33,831 nt of DNA from Lama guanicoe (lineage: Eukaryota): contig MU054129.1 of the NCBI GenBank assembly GCA_013239625.1, positions 3,782 through 37,612 on the forward strand, read 5' to 3'. Under the pieces are notes generated by a model, which was given only the letters and a program-made list of their open reading frames with translations, did not search any database and was not told the origin of the DNA. Made by a program: the position numbers and the translations under genes. This document shows positions 12,301-24,422 of this stretch, piece after piece. How positions within the stretch are numbered: the stretch's first letter is position 1; every line of letters starts with the position of its first letter.

Positions 12301-12830
12301 TTCCCTGACAGTACAGCACCAGCCTTCCAGGAGCAGGCTGACCTGTAACCTGAGTTCCATGAACCTGGGGCAGCAGAGGCAAAGCCCAGGCCATGCGCTG
12401 GGGGGTTTGAAGCAAATCCACGGGCTCCCATGGGCAGACCCCATAACCCGCCACTGCCTTCGACCACACCGCGCCCTCCTCCCGGAAGCAGGCTGACCTG
12501 GGGACTGTGCCTGGAGCAGCAGAGGCCGAGTCCTGGACAGCCCATGGGGGAGATGGAGGCAAGTCGACCAGCTTGCCAGGTCGCTGCCCATCTCCCTGCC
12601 GCTGCCCCAGGTCCGTGGATCACTTGTTTTCAAGTCAGTGGGTTCCTGAGAGGCAGGCGCGGTGCAGTCAGATGGCGGGGGCTGCGGGGAGGGGTGCTGC
12701 CCCAAGGGGAGCAGGTGGACTTGCTCCCATCTCCCCCAGGGCCAGACCTGGGGACGGCCTCTGCTGCCCCAGGTTTGCAGGACACATGTCATGTCAGCCT
12801 GTCCCTGGGAGGAAGGCTCAGTTGCTGACA
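12015..12830. repeat. Degenerate GC-rich ~160-bp tandem repeat with an internally inverted block
   Basis: Unit motifs (ggggtgctgcccc...ggacttgctcccatctcccc...gcctctgctgccccaggt...gtcagcctgctcctgg) recur on + at ~12068-12210, ~12586-12690 (partial) and ~12691-12830, and on - at ~12306-12443 and ~12445-12577. Confidence 0.85.
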
Positions 12831-12860
12831 AGGATTTTAGAAGTGGGCTCTAGCCCAACA

Positions 12861-12894
12861 TAACTAACTCTCCTTTCTTCTCTTGCTTCCTCAG
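12861..12894 (+). other. Canonical 3' splice site (branch point, polypyrimidine tract, CAG)
   Basis: taactaac tctcctttcttctcttgcttcct cag: a CTAAC branch motif about 27 nt before the AG with an almost pure pyrimidine tract. Confidence 0.55.
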
Positions 12895-12909
12895 TTGGTG
12901 GCTGTATCG

Positions 12910-14046
12910 GCTTTTCATTATAGGTTATTGCTGGATAATGAACATAGTTTTCTGTGCTATACAGAAGAAACTTTATTTAAAATCTCTTTTTATATATAGT
13001 GGCTAACATTTTTAAATCTCGAACTCCCAAATTTATCCCTTCCCATCCCCTTTCCCTGGTAACCTTAAGATTGTTTACTAAGTCTGCAAGTCTGTTTCTG
13101 TTCTGTAGATGAGTTCAGAGTGTCTTTTTCTCTCTTTTTTTAGATTGCACATATGAGTGGTATCATTTGGTATTTTTCTGTTTCTGGCTGCTTTCACTTA
13201 GAATGACGATCTCTAGCTCCATCCATGTTGCTGCAAATGGTTTTATTTTGTCCTGTTCATGGTAGAGTAGTATTCCAGTGAATAAATATGCCACAACTTC
13301 TTTATCCAGTCATTTGTTGCTACATTTAGCTTGCCTCCAAGTCTCGGCTATTGTATACAGTGGTGCTATGAATACTGGGCTGCAGGTATCTTTTCACATT
13401 GGAGTTCTTTCCAGTTATATACCCAGATGTGGGATTGCTGGGTCATAAGGTAAGTCTACTTTTAGTTTTTTCAGGGATTTCCATGCTTTCCATAATGACT
13501 ACACCAAACTGGATTCCCACCAGCAGTGTAAGAGGGTACCCTTCCCTCTACAGTCTCTCTAGCATTTATCATTCATGAATTTCTGAGCGATGGCCATTCT
13601 AACTGGTGTGAGCTGATACTTGATTGTAGTTTTGATTTGAATTTCTCGTTTTATTAGTGATATCGAGCATTTTTTCATGTGCCTATTGGCCATTTGTGTC
13701 TTCATTGGAGAAATGCTTGTTTAGGTCTTCTGCCTATTTTTGGATTGAGTTGTTTGTTTTTTTGTTATTAAGTTGCATGGGCTGTTTATATATTCTGAAA
13801 ATTAAGGCTCTGTTAGTCGTATCATTTGCAAATATTTTCTCCCATTCGTAGGTTGTTGTTTCCTTTTGTTTTACTTATGGTTGCCTTTGCTGTGAAGAAA
13901 TTTATGAGTTTAATTACGTCCCTTTTGTTTATTTTTTTGTCTTATTTCCATTACCTGGGAAAATTGCCCTAGGAGAACGTTGCTAAGATTTATGTCAGAT
14001 AATGTTTTGCCTATGTTTTCTTTTAAGAGATTTATCATGTCTTGTC
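12910..14046 (-). mobile_element. L1 fragment (3' ORF2 and most of the 3' UTR; no poly(A))
   Basis: cacttagaatgacgatctctagctccatccatgttgctgcaaatgg and ttggagaaatgcttgtttaggtcttctgcc. Closely resembles the L1 at 32118-33831. Confidence 0.95.
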
Positions 14047-14059
14047 CATCTGCATCTTA

Positions 14060-14920
14060 AGCCTGTATTCTAGATCTGTGCTTCAGTTTTGAATTTTGAG
14101 CTTCTTAGAGAAAACCTACTCTTAGCTCATATGTCAGATTCAACATGTCTAAAGCTGATTTCATAATCTTTTTTCTTGCAGCGTCTCCACTTATTCAGTG
14201 GAATAATCATTCTTCCGGTCTTGAATACCCAAAGGCTTAGAATGGCCTTTGATTTATCTTTCTCTCACCACCCTCCACATATTGTCGGCTTCTGGAAATG
14301 TATGTTTTTGGTTTCAAGTGTCTATACTGACTGCTGATATTCTGATGAAGAGCTTTCATCCCTGATACATGAATTTTTCCTTCTGCTGAATTCTTGGATA
14401 TTCTCTCCCCCCTCTTTCAGTCAACCTACAGTTTTGATGCTCCAACATCTAGAGTCAAATCAAAGACTTACCACAATCAGATCTCAGCCAGGTAGTCTCG
14501 ACCCTTCATCATTTTGGACTTACCTTATGTGTTCCAATCATTATGTAACTTAGCCTCCTAGGGTAACCTGTGCCTTATTAAAAACCAGGAGTCACCAGCC
14601 TTTTCCTATCCAGTCTTCAGTTAAAACAGATTAGAATTGCCCTGAGAACTGGTTGGAGCCCCATCCCCTTAATAGAGTCTTCCCTATTTATTCCAAATAC
14701 TTCTAGCTCCTCTTTGTATTCCTGCACTGTTTATGATCAGTAGCCTGTAATCTTGGCTTTGAGTTCTGACTTGGTACCATTCCTGGGTGGTTTCCAATGT
14801 GTCTCCTCACTTAGCTGGTAACTGGAGAAGACTCACTTGTTCAGCCTCCTTTATACCCCTCACCCTGCTTAGCATCGGGCAATAACAGGCACCCAGGCAG
14901 TGCTTACCTACTTTATTTAT
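14060..14920 (+). mobile_element. Highly decayed L2 relic
   Basis: tcagattcaacatgtctaaagctgatttcataatc and ccctgcttagcatcgggcaataacaggcac resemble L2 motifs. Confidence 0.45.
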
Positions 14921-15179
14921 TCACAGGGGTGGTGGTGTGGATTATAGCTAATAACTGTTAATTCAGTGTTGCAATTAAAAAAGAAAGCCAAGAAAATCCA
15001 TAAAACTTTACTTCCATGTTCAGTTTAGTGCTTTACCTCAATAGTTTTCTTAAGACTGTGTTTACATTCACATAGTGTTCAGTTCTTGTACAGTTCCCTG
15101 AGGCAAGCAGGTGAGACGTCATTATGTTTGAATTTCACGTTACATTTCATATTGGATATATTTGTGCAATGACAAAACC

Positions 15180-15300
15180 TTCTTTTATAAGTAAACAGCC
15201 GGAAGCCCAGAGAGACTAAGAGCCTAACCCAGGGTCACCTGGTTAGTGTTTGGCACAGGCCAGGACCGCAGTTCACATCTTCCAGCTGATCCTCTTCCAG
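15180..15300 (-). mobile_element. MIR fragment
   Basis: gaagcccagagagactaagagcctaacccagggtcacctggttagtg resembles the antisense MIR core. Confidence 0.55.
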
Positions 15301-18300
15301 TGCCTTTTCATTCCAGTGCTGGGAAATGAAGCCACATCAGCCAAACGGCCAAGTCACATTGCTGCCTCTTTACCTGCCAGTGATGGCAGTGCTACAAAAA
15401 GTGGCAAAGGAAAGGTCAGAAATAGGAGTGATAAAAGACATGGAAGTGCTGGAAATTGATCCTCAAACTCCTCCTCCCTATTTGAGTGCCTCACATGTGT
15501 CCCAATCTGACAGTGCTGTTCATTGTTTATAACATAGTCTTTAAAATCAGACTGATCTTTTATAGGACATGCTTTTATCCTGGTCCCTTTCCTGCTAGTA
15601 GTCACCGTCATGGGCAGAAAGTGCCTGACTGTGCTCTGTTTGTCACGTAGGTGGGAGGGAACGTGGGAGAGGGAGCGGGTTGTACTGAAGCCGAGCTTTT
15701 TACAGCTCTGTTGTTCTAGGACCAGAGCAGGTCCACTCTTGCTTTCATCACCTCTCCACCTCCGAGTCCCAGCCACCGACTCCTGCCTGCTTCCCCACAT
15801 GCCACGTCCTGGGGGAGGACAGGGTGGTGGGCAATGCCCCCTCCGCCCTCTGCTCTGGGAGGTGCAGGAGTCTGCTTTAACTTTTGAGCTGTTTTGGTAA
15901 TTGGGCTTTTCCAGATTTTCTAGACATCTCCTTTCCAGCTCTGAGAAATTGGAGATGTAACTTAACCATACATGGACTCTACTAATGTATTCAGTGGCAT
16001 TAATGTGATATTGTCTTTAAGGTGTTCTGTGAATGGATAGGAGGTTTTTAACTCACAGGATGCTTCACCTCCCATTCTAAAGGCCTACAGGATGCAGGTG
16101 TAATTCAAGTTCTTACATGTCTGTAAGGCAGACATGAACATTGTTTGATAATATGACCATATGTACATAGATTATGGTTAGTCTGCCAGCTCTATATCTA
16201 ATAAAAGTTTAAATTCCAAACGCTTGAAGAAAATTTGTGGACCGTGTCTTTTTGCCTGCAACTAGTTGCAAAACCTAAAATCACAAATCTACCACAAGCC
16301 ACAGTGTTTCCCAGTAGAGAAAGCCCTCTAGTTTTACAACCTCTAAGTAATGCGGTGGTTCTTTGGGTGAGATGAGGGATGCCAGAGTATTTTTTGGGAC
16401 ACTAGAGTGGCATGACAAGTATTCTGGGACCGGTTACAGTTGAATCTCTACTTCCTATATCCTGGACTGATTACAGAGGCAATGTTAGTGCGGTAATCAG
16501 TTTCTGAATGCAAGTGTAGCTAGGAAGACAACAGAGAAAGTAGAAGGGATATAAAGTAATGGAGGGACTACATACCAGTACAAATGGTGACTTTGACACC
16601 ACCAGCTGCTGACGTGAACTTGGTATGAATTTGTGAGAAGTGGTGGGTGTCACTGCAAGCAGGAGAGTCCTGCAGCTTTTGGGGTGAACAGGCAAAGGGG
16701 AGAGCAGTTATGGTGGCTACCCGGGGGCTGTTTGTGTCCTGAATGTGAAAATGTCTGGTCCCCTGTTCAATTTTGCAGTCACAACTTCACATGACTAAGA
16801 GCATTATTTCCACCAGAAAACCATAAAAACATAAACAACCTGTTTCCCAAATTGTTTGTTCTTGATCTGAGATGATTGTCTTGTGGTGGGAGGTAAGTGG
16901 GCGATGGGGCCTATTACATCACACCCTTTCACTAGAAGTCCTCCTCGCTGCTTTTCACCCTACTTCTAGAAGTGCTGTCATTCTGTTACACCTAGGCCTG
17001 TAAGACGGGCTTGCCTGAATCCTCACGTGAAGAGGGATGGTTATGTGCAGTTTTAAAAAATTGCTAGGGTCATGGGGTCCTTTGTTCCTTCCATTGGAAA
17101 TCACTATTCCAGAGCAAATAGTATGCATCTATACAAGCTATATTGTTTGTAAGATGTTTTCAGATGTTTTGCAGTAGGTTTAAATATTTGCTTGGCGATG
17201 GCATCTTGATTGATTGAAGGAGGCAACCCTCACTAGGGGCATTGTGTGCTTTCTGTCTGAGAGTTCCTTTCCTGGCAGCAGAGTGTTCATAGGCAGAGTT
17301 AGAAAGTTACCTGATCTGAGAAGCCGAATTTGCCCACAGCTGGGAATTGGCGGAAGAGTCTGTTATGGAAGGAAAGCTTTAGGATTATCTGGTAGCAGAG
17401 TTCTGGGATCCAAACCCTGGGAAACCTCAGCTTTTGTAGAGTATGTTCTGTAACAATAGGCTACAGGATAATTTTTACACTTGTTATAGGATGTAGAGTT
17501 GGGGAAAGACTTAAAAGTGAAAGAACCTTAAAAGAGAATCTCCGAATATTTTAAAGAAGACAGTTCTCAGAATGAGAGCTTTTCTGGAAAAGACTAGTTC
17601 TTCACTTCACAGGGGAAGCAGGGAGCAGGTGTAACTGCACTTACGGTAACTTAAAAGGTAAACCTTACACTCCCACTTAGCTGTTTCCTGGTGTACGTTC
17701 ATCTCCCACATCTGTAGTTTTAGACCTGATGTGTCATTTTCTGGTACTCCCTTCTGATTCTGATTGAGAGATTGACACAAGGTCACATAGCAATTGAAAT
17801 ATTGTGCAAAGGACTTTATTGTTAAAAATGTAGACCTGTGGCAGAGTGCTGCATTTGCAAGTGACTTTCAGTACAGAGAACACTTTAAAGAATGCAGTGT
17901 TATTTCTTTTTTTATTCCTTTAAGCCTTTGAATAGAAGGTTTTCTTTGCAGTTTCTGGAGTACATCAGAACAAGCAGGATCTAAAAATAACTTTAAGAAA
18001 CCACCAGTATTGACGTTGCTTATAGTGTGGTATCTGTCTTAAAGTTAATTCTTTAAAGCAGGAAGTTGTAACTCTCAATTTCTTAAGCAAATATAAACAT
18101 TCTTGACTCTTAATGACATTCTTTGTGGGGTGAAGCTGATTTTGCTTCCATTCTGAGCATTGAATGGCCTTCTATGATACTTCTACCAGTCCTCAGTATT
18201 TTATTTTCCCTCTGTTGTGAACTTGTTAAACTTGAAGAAGATATAATTATCATTAACTTGCTACATATGTAGATATTCAGTGTTACATAGTCAGAAAGTT

Positions 18301-18789
18301 TGTGTACATCGCACGTATCTACATAATTCCCCCCTTTCCAACTGTGTTCCTGATGAAAGGATGGTGGGAAGTCGCATTATGGGGATATGTCTTACAGTAC
18401 ACCGTGTTTCCCCTGTTCCCTCTACCAGATCTGGATGTTCTTTCATCTTTCAGCTTCTAGACTTACAAGCTCTTTTTCTTAAGCCAGGTGTATCTCATCC
18501 CCCTGCGTGCACACACATGTGTACACACACAGACACACACATTCTGCCATACGGAGTAGCGTGCACCATCCCATTCTCCCACTCCAGCTCTGGACCCACC
18601 CACTGGAGGCAGTGTCTTGCACGAATTCATTTGTAAGTTCCTTTTTAAAACTCGAGTGGTCGGGAAATAGGACTGTTATCCACACCTAGTAGGCAGGCCC
18701 TCAAGGATAACTTCTATGGTTAATGCCAGGTTATCTTGATGTTTGAGTACCTGGGTTTCATGTCTTCCTCTACCACCTGTGTGACCCAT

Positions 18790-19770
18790 GATTCCCACAT
18801 TTCTGTCTCCCGCTAGACTTTTTATCTCCAACCCTGGACTCTTACAGTCTTCTGCTGATTTGACATCTTCACTTGGAACTCTGATATCTTAAAACCAACA
18901 TGTGTAAAAACTGAGCTCTTGGTCCTCCTACCCCCAAAACTGGTCCTTTCTGCAGCCTACCCCATTCAGTTAGTGGAAACTTAACCCTTCCAGCTGCTTG
19001 GGTCAAAAAACGGAGTTATTCTGACTTTCACTGACATACCACATGAATTCTGTCAATAGATCTGGTTTAACACTGACTTTAAAACATATCCGGGGCCCAG
19101 CCACTTCTCACCATGGCTCCTGCCTCCACTGTTGCTTCCCTGCCCTGAGCCACTGTCCTCTCCTCCTGCACAGCCCTTCTCAGAGGCTTCCCACCTTTCA
19201 TCTCTGACCCGTTTCGACTATTCTCACCCGGCAGTCAAGTGAGCCTTGAAAACCTAAGTTAGATTGTGTCGTCCTTCTGCAGTGCCTCCCCATTTCACTC
19301 CGGGTAAAAGCCACAGTCAGTCCTTACAACGTCCTCCAAGGCCGTACAGGATCTGCACTGACCCTTCTCTGTAGCACCAGCCGTGCCCCCATTCTGGAAC
19401 ATGCGAGGTGCGCGCTGGCCTTGGTGATGGTTATTCCGTCCACCTGGGACTTCTCACCTCCTAGTCCTTGTTCTAACCTCAGTCCTCAGTGTGGCCTGCT
19501 CTGGTATTTAATACAACATCACCCTCATCCCATATACTCCACTCTCTTTACCTTGCCCTTTTTTCATTTTTCCATGGTTTCTCTTTCCTAACATGCCACC
19601 TCCTCTGCTACTCTGTTGTGTGAATTGTCATCTCCACCCCCCACCCCAGCTAGACTCCAACCAAGCTCTGTGAGGACAGGACTTTTGTTTTGTTTATTGA
19701 TCTATTCCAAGTGCCTAGACTAGTCCTGGGTACATAGTAGGCAGTCAAAAATTATTTGATGAATAAATTA
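18790..19770 (+). mobile_element. L2 (L2a-like) 3' fragment
   Basis: Clear L2 terminus aagctctgtgaggacaggacttttgt...gtgcctagactagtcctgggtacatagtaggcagtcaaaaattatttgatgaat. Confidence 0.85.
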
Positions 19771-19919
19771 AAAGACTATTTTAAAAATGAATCATCCTTT
19801 CAGGAACGGGTGAGGATAGGAAGCTGCATGAAGGAAAATGGTGCAGTAAATAATGATATTTGCCTGTTGTTCTTTGTGTGATATATATATGTGTTTTAGT
19901 CTTAATTTGGTATCCCAGT

Positions 19920-20090
19920 TTCTTAATTTGATAGCTGTATTAAGGTGTAATTTACAGGCCATAAAATTCACACATTATAATTGTACAAGTCAGCCATTTT
20001 AGCTATATCTTGAGTTGTGCAACTCTAACCTCAAAAATTCCCCTTTTGTCCGTCCATATGCAGTTCGCCCTCCCCTCAGTGGAACCCTGA
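19920..20090 (-). mobile_element. Old L1M 3' end fragment
   Basis: tagctgtattaaggtgtaatttacaggccataaaattcacacattataattgtaca resembles an antisense L1MA/MB terminus. Confidence 0.65.
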
Positions 20091-20224
20091 TTTTATTTGT
20101 TTTTGGTTTTTGGCAATAACATCTGAAAAGAATAATTTACACAGCAGTACTAATATAGCTTTGCACTTTTAGAAATGACACACTTAAATATGAAATCAGC
20201 GGTCATTGCTGAATGTAGGTAGCA

Positions 20225-20430
20225 GTATCAGACATTGGTGAGAAGAATGGACTTGTGTGTCAGACTGGCTGCAGTCTTATCCAGCTCCACCATTTACCAA
20301 GTTACCCAAATTATTTTCTGCCTCAAGCTCTTTATCTGTTATATGGGGGTAATAATAGCAGCTTACAGAGTTGTTGTGAGGATTAAGCAAACAGGGAAAC
20401 AAAATTTAGTATAGTGGCCAGCTTATGTTA
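20225..20430 (+). mobile_element. MIR SINE
   Basis: tctgcctcaagctctttatctgttatatgggggtaataatagcagcttacagagttgttgtgaggattaa is the MIR core. Confidence 0.8.
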
Positions 20431-20833
20431 TTACCTAAGAAATAGCCTTGCAGGTAGAGAGCAAAATTCAAATCAGTTTCTAAAGTATGTGTAAAATATG
20501 ATCCAGTTCCTGCCTGGTTTGTAAACACGTATGCCTACTGCAGAATGTAAAAGCACACTAATTTCCAACAAAAAAGATCATTTCTCAGCATTTCTTTCAA
20601 AGGTAGTTGCAAAATCATTTTTACTAAATTTTCTGTGCCCATCTCTGAAAGATCTTTGACACCAGGGAGGTAATTATCTACTTTTTTGTTAAAATCATGC
20701 TGACCATCAGAAAGTGTTCTGAATTATATTTTAGCATTCATGTTGGGAAATAATGTGAGACTTCTTCTAAATTAATGGGGGGAGGGGCATTCATTGTAGC
20801 TCTTGTAGCCTGATAAGCCTGCACTAAATTATC

Positions 20834-20990
20834 ATTCTTTAACTTTTAATTAAAGTAATTAATTAATTTTTTGCAGGGGGTGGTAGTTAGGTTTTTATTT
20901 ATCTTATTTTTAGAAGAAGTATTGGGGATTGAACCCAGGCCCTTGTGCATGCTAAGAATATGATCTTTCAGTTGAGCTATACCCTCCCCC
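20834..20990 (-). mobile_element. tRNA-derived camelid-type SINE (Vic-1-like) with TSD
   Basis: Reverse complement GGGGAGGGTATAGCTCAA...CTTAGCATGCACAAGGGCCTGGGTTCAATCCCCAATAC with an A-rich tail. TSD ctaaattatc at 20824-20833 and 20991-21000. Confidence 0.85.
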
Positions 20991-21047
20991 CTAAATTATC
21001 TTTAATAAGGTCTTTTTCTCTGTTTTGTTGTTTTCTTTTATGTACAG

Positions 21048-21173
21048 ATGCACAAAGCAGGGTAATCGGAAGCCTCTCAATTACAGAGATAATAATAGTG
21101 AAAAATATTGTGCAGTGACAGTGAATCCTTGGCATATGAAGAAAGATTGTAAAGTCCTGAATGAATTAAGAAG
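21048..21173 (+). pseudogene. KLHL2: Isolated diverged copy of KLHL2 (Mayven) exon 2, N-terminal to the BTB domain
   Basis: 126-nt exon between a polypyrimidine/tacag acceptor and an aag|gtattg donor, phase 2-2. Encodes CTKQGNRKPLNYRDNNSEKYCAVTVNPWHMKKDCKVLNELR versus recalled human CTKQGHQKPLDSKDDNTEKHCPVTVNPWHMKKAFKVMNELR (29/41 identical by hand). No other KLHL2 exon was seen. Confidence 0.88.
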
Positions 21174-21357
21174 GTATTGTTACATTAACGTACATGTAAC
21201 CATGGCTCTCTTACCTTTATTTTTTCACTTTATAATGAAGATACTCCCCACCCGTCAAGGTTGCTTTGTTTGATATAGGGAATATCTAAAGCCTTTTCTG
21301 CAAGTTTTTTAAATAAGTAGGAGCAGGTAATTTATCAGAAGTGTGAATGGTGTAATT

Positions 21358-21632
21358 TACTCTGTCTAGTATGGTAGCCACCAGGCACTTGTGGCTATTG
21401 TGAAATGAGATGTTCTATAAGTGGAAAATGCATAATAGATTTTCAAGACTTTGTACAACAAAAATAATGTAAAATATTTATTAATAAGTTTTAAAAGTGT
21501 TAATCACACTTTTGAAATGATAGTATATTGGATATTCTGGCATAAATATAATTATTACTTGTTCCTTTTTATTTTCTAAATGTGATTACTGGAAAATTGT
21601 GATTGCACTATGTTTCTATTGACAGTGCTGGC
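21358..21632. mobile_element. MER33-like hAT-Charlie DNA transposon relic
   Basis: ctgtctagtatggtagccaccaggcacttgtggctattg...ctattgacagtgctgg termini with an AT-rich interior. Confidence 0.75.
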
Positions 21633-21674
21633 TTCTAACTTATTGCAAATAGTATGAAAAGAAGACTTTGATTA

Positions 21675-22159
21675 AAAATTTTGTAATTGAGTAGTTGATT
21701 TACATCATATTAGTTTCAGGTGTACAACACAGAGGCTCAATATTTTTATAGATTATATTCCATTTAAAGTCACCATAAAATAATGGCTATATTTCCCTGT
21801 GCTGTATGATACAGCCCTGTAACCTATCCATTTTATACGTAGTACTTTTTACCTGTCAATCCCCTACCCCCTTTCTGCCTCCCCTCTCCTCCTTCTCCCC
21901 ATTGGTAATCACCAGTCTGTTCTGTGTACCTGTGAGTCTATTTCTGTTTTATTATAGTCATTAATTTGTTTTATTTTTTAGATATACATATAAGTTAATA
22001 CATAGAATATTTGTTTTTCTTTCTCTGACTTATTTCACTTAGCATAATATGCTGTAGTTCCATCCATGTTACTGCAAATGGCATTAATATATCTTTTATG
22101 GCTGAGCAGTATTCCGTTGTGTGTGTGTGTTCATGTGTATATATGTGTGTGTGTATATA

Positions 22160-22193
<34 letters not shown>

Positions 22194-22460
22194 ATATACC
22201 ACAAATTCTTTATCCAATCATCTGTCAGTGAACATTTTGGTTGTTTCAGTGTCTTGGCTATTGTAAATAGTGCTGCTGTAAAAATTGGGGTGCATGTGTC
22301 TTTTTGAATTATATTTTTCTCCAGAAATATACACATGAATGGGATTGCTGCATCACACGGAAGTCTATTTTCAGTTTTTTATGGAACCTCTATACTGTCC
22401 TCCATAGTGGCTGCACCAATTTACATTCCCTAAAACCGAGTAGGAGGGTTCCTTTTTCTC
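21675..22460 (-). mobile_element. L1 3' fragment with internal (TG)n(TA)n microsatellite (~22119-22193)
   Basis: Minus-strand ORF 21995-22336 encodes the L1 ORF2 C-terminus ([22 protein letters not shown]...MPFAVTWMEL). Confidence 0.93.
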
Positions 22461-23194
22461 TTAAAAGGTCAAAAATTCTCTACATTTATATACTTTCCTT
22501 ACAGTTTATGACACAATTTGGCAAAAGCCAGATAGAATTTAATAGGAGTAAATACAGTATTTTTTTAAATGTCCATGCATTATGGATAGATAGGTTATTG
22601 ATGAGTTAGTTCCCTAATTTTGTAGATGCAGAAGTTTTTATAGCTTCACAGACATATCAGTCTTGCAGAGAGAAAAATTTCTTTGCATTTTGCTGAACTT
22701 GTCCGGGTGGCTTTATCGAATTTGGTCCAGGCCTCCAGAGGTGAATACACATCCAAACCTGAACCATTTGAATGTGTGCAAGATTTTACGAGTCTAGAAT
22801 GTCAGATCTGGATTATAACTCTGGTAAATGACATCAGTGTGTGGTCTCAAGAAAACTCCATTTGAGTGCAAAACATTTCATAAGCCAAAAAAGGCTTTGA
22901 AATTGTGGCAAAGCCAGAGACTTTTGTGTGCCATATATGGCCACATACCCATGGGGACAACCACAGGCCTTCTGGATTGCCAAGGGAAATCCATGTGAGG
23001 AGTCCAGCACTCACGGGAATCTAACAAGTCCCTGCCAGCCAGAGCACTTTCATTGCTATTGTGCTCTTTTGAGCAAATGTCTTTTCATCAGGTTCAAATT
23101 GGTTTGTTGTTACTTTTTGCATTAAAAAAATCAAACAACTTCTTGTTCCCTTGGTGAAAGTAAAAGCCTAACATTTTCTGATTTCTTTTGACAG

Positions 23195-23259
23195 AGAAAA
23201 CATGAGCGTATGAATCTAACCTCATCTGTGATGGTCTGCAGCTGGGAGCAACCAGATCG
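23195..23259 (+). pseudogene. ANO6: ANO6-like exon (~exon 4), 65 nt, -1 frameshift
   Basis: ttttgacag|AGAAAA...AGATCG|gt reads RKH/xAYESNLICDGLQLGATRS versus human RKRQAYESNLICHGLQLEATRS (66 nt expected). Confidence 0.88.
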
Positions 23260-24135
23260 GTGTCAGTTCTTTTTCAGCCATTGGCTGGGAGCCTGCATGA
23301 TACCTGGAATGATATTTGAAACATGTCACACTAGCCGTGCCTTCTCTGTGGGCTGGGAGGTGAGTCAGTCAGAATCTGCATTATGGAATGTATGTTTCAG
23401 ATCCAAAGCTAGGAGATCTTTTTTAATAGCCAGAGAATGTAGTCATAAATATATCTATTATTGTATTTATGCAAGAACATTTTTAAAAATTTTTATTATA
23501 AAAATTTACCCCCAAAAATTGAAAATGAAAGAACAGTGGAATTCAAAATCATCTGTACCTTAATTATACATAAAGGATCTTAAAATCCTTCTAAACATTT
23601 TTTTGTTCAAATGAAGATATTTTTCCCTTCCAAAAAGGAACGTTATTATTTCACATAATTTTTGCTTTCTTCTTTTATTATGTATTCCATATCAATAAAT
23701 ATAATTCTTTTAAATCCCTTTTAATGGCTGTTTAACACTATATTGAACAGATATGTAAATAGTCCTAGGTTTCAGAAATTAAAAAAATTGTCATTACAAT
23801 ACCACTGCAAAGAATATTTTGGTGTTTCTATTTTTAGTTACTAATTTGGATCAAAAATTAACAAGTTTGCTTTTCTTCATCTAAAACATTGGTTATTTTA
23901 TGAATGAAGTGTAACGATTTCAAATAACTTTTCAGTAATTTCAAACAAGAAATTATCTTTAAGGCAAAAATGTATGATGGTTTGCAAATCTATTTTTATT
24001 ATATCTTCACTTTTACAAGTGCCACATGTGTGTGTGTTTACACAAGTGCTTTAACTACCAGCAACGTAAGAAAAATCTGTGTACTAAAAGTGTGAAAATA
24101 GTTTCCTGGTTTGTGTTTTCATTCTCCCAATATAG

Positions 24136-24422
24136 ATTTTGGATGACAAGCTTGTATTTGCAAAAGTACACCCCCTGTGGGAGGTGTTCTGTACATACGC
24201 TGAGATACTGAACATAATATTGCCTCTGAAGCCCAATGATCTGAAAACCAGGTCCTCAGCCTTTGGTAACTTCAGCTGTTTGATGAAAGTCCTTCAAGTG
24301 GATGAAAGTATCAACAACCGGAACAAGAGCTTTTCATTGCCCTATTTGAGAAGAGCTCCGTGAATGACTTTTATATTCAGGATAGAGATACATTCTTCAA
24401 TCCAGCCACCAGAAGCCGCATC
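24136..24422 (+). pseudogene. ANO6: ANO6-like exon (~exon 5), 287 nt, -1 frameshift near 24316
   Basis: ILDDKLVFAKVHPLWEVFCTYAEILNIILPLKPNDLKTRSSAFGNFSCLMKVLQVDESIN/xPEQELFIALFEKSSVNDFYIQDRDTFFNPATRSRI, with a tatag acceptor and gtaagt donor (288 nt expected). Confidence 0.95.

Noticed and set aside
11417..12562. 381-aa minus-strand ORF and many overlapping ORFs in the CpG island
   Set aside because: Long ORFs in all frames are expected in GC-rich repeat sequence. They are Pro/Ala/Arg/Gly-rich with no recognisable domain.
12015..12830. CRISPR-like or other prokaryotic repeat array
   Set aside because: Units are ~160 bp, degenerate and in mixed orientation, with no repeat-spacer structure or cas genes, and the context is mammalian.
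21048..23259. In-frame KLHL2-ANO6 fusion protein
   Set aside because: Phases are incompatible; the spliced product stops at TGA 23211-23213.
24139..24363. Stand-alone 74-aa ORF as a functional microprotein
   Set aside because: It is a TTG-started piece of the ANO6 exon that runs out of frame after the -1 deletion.
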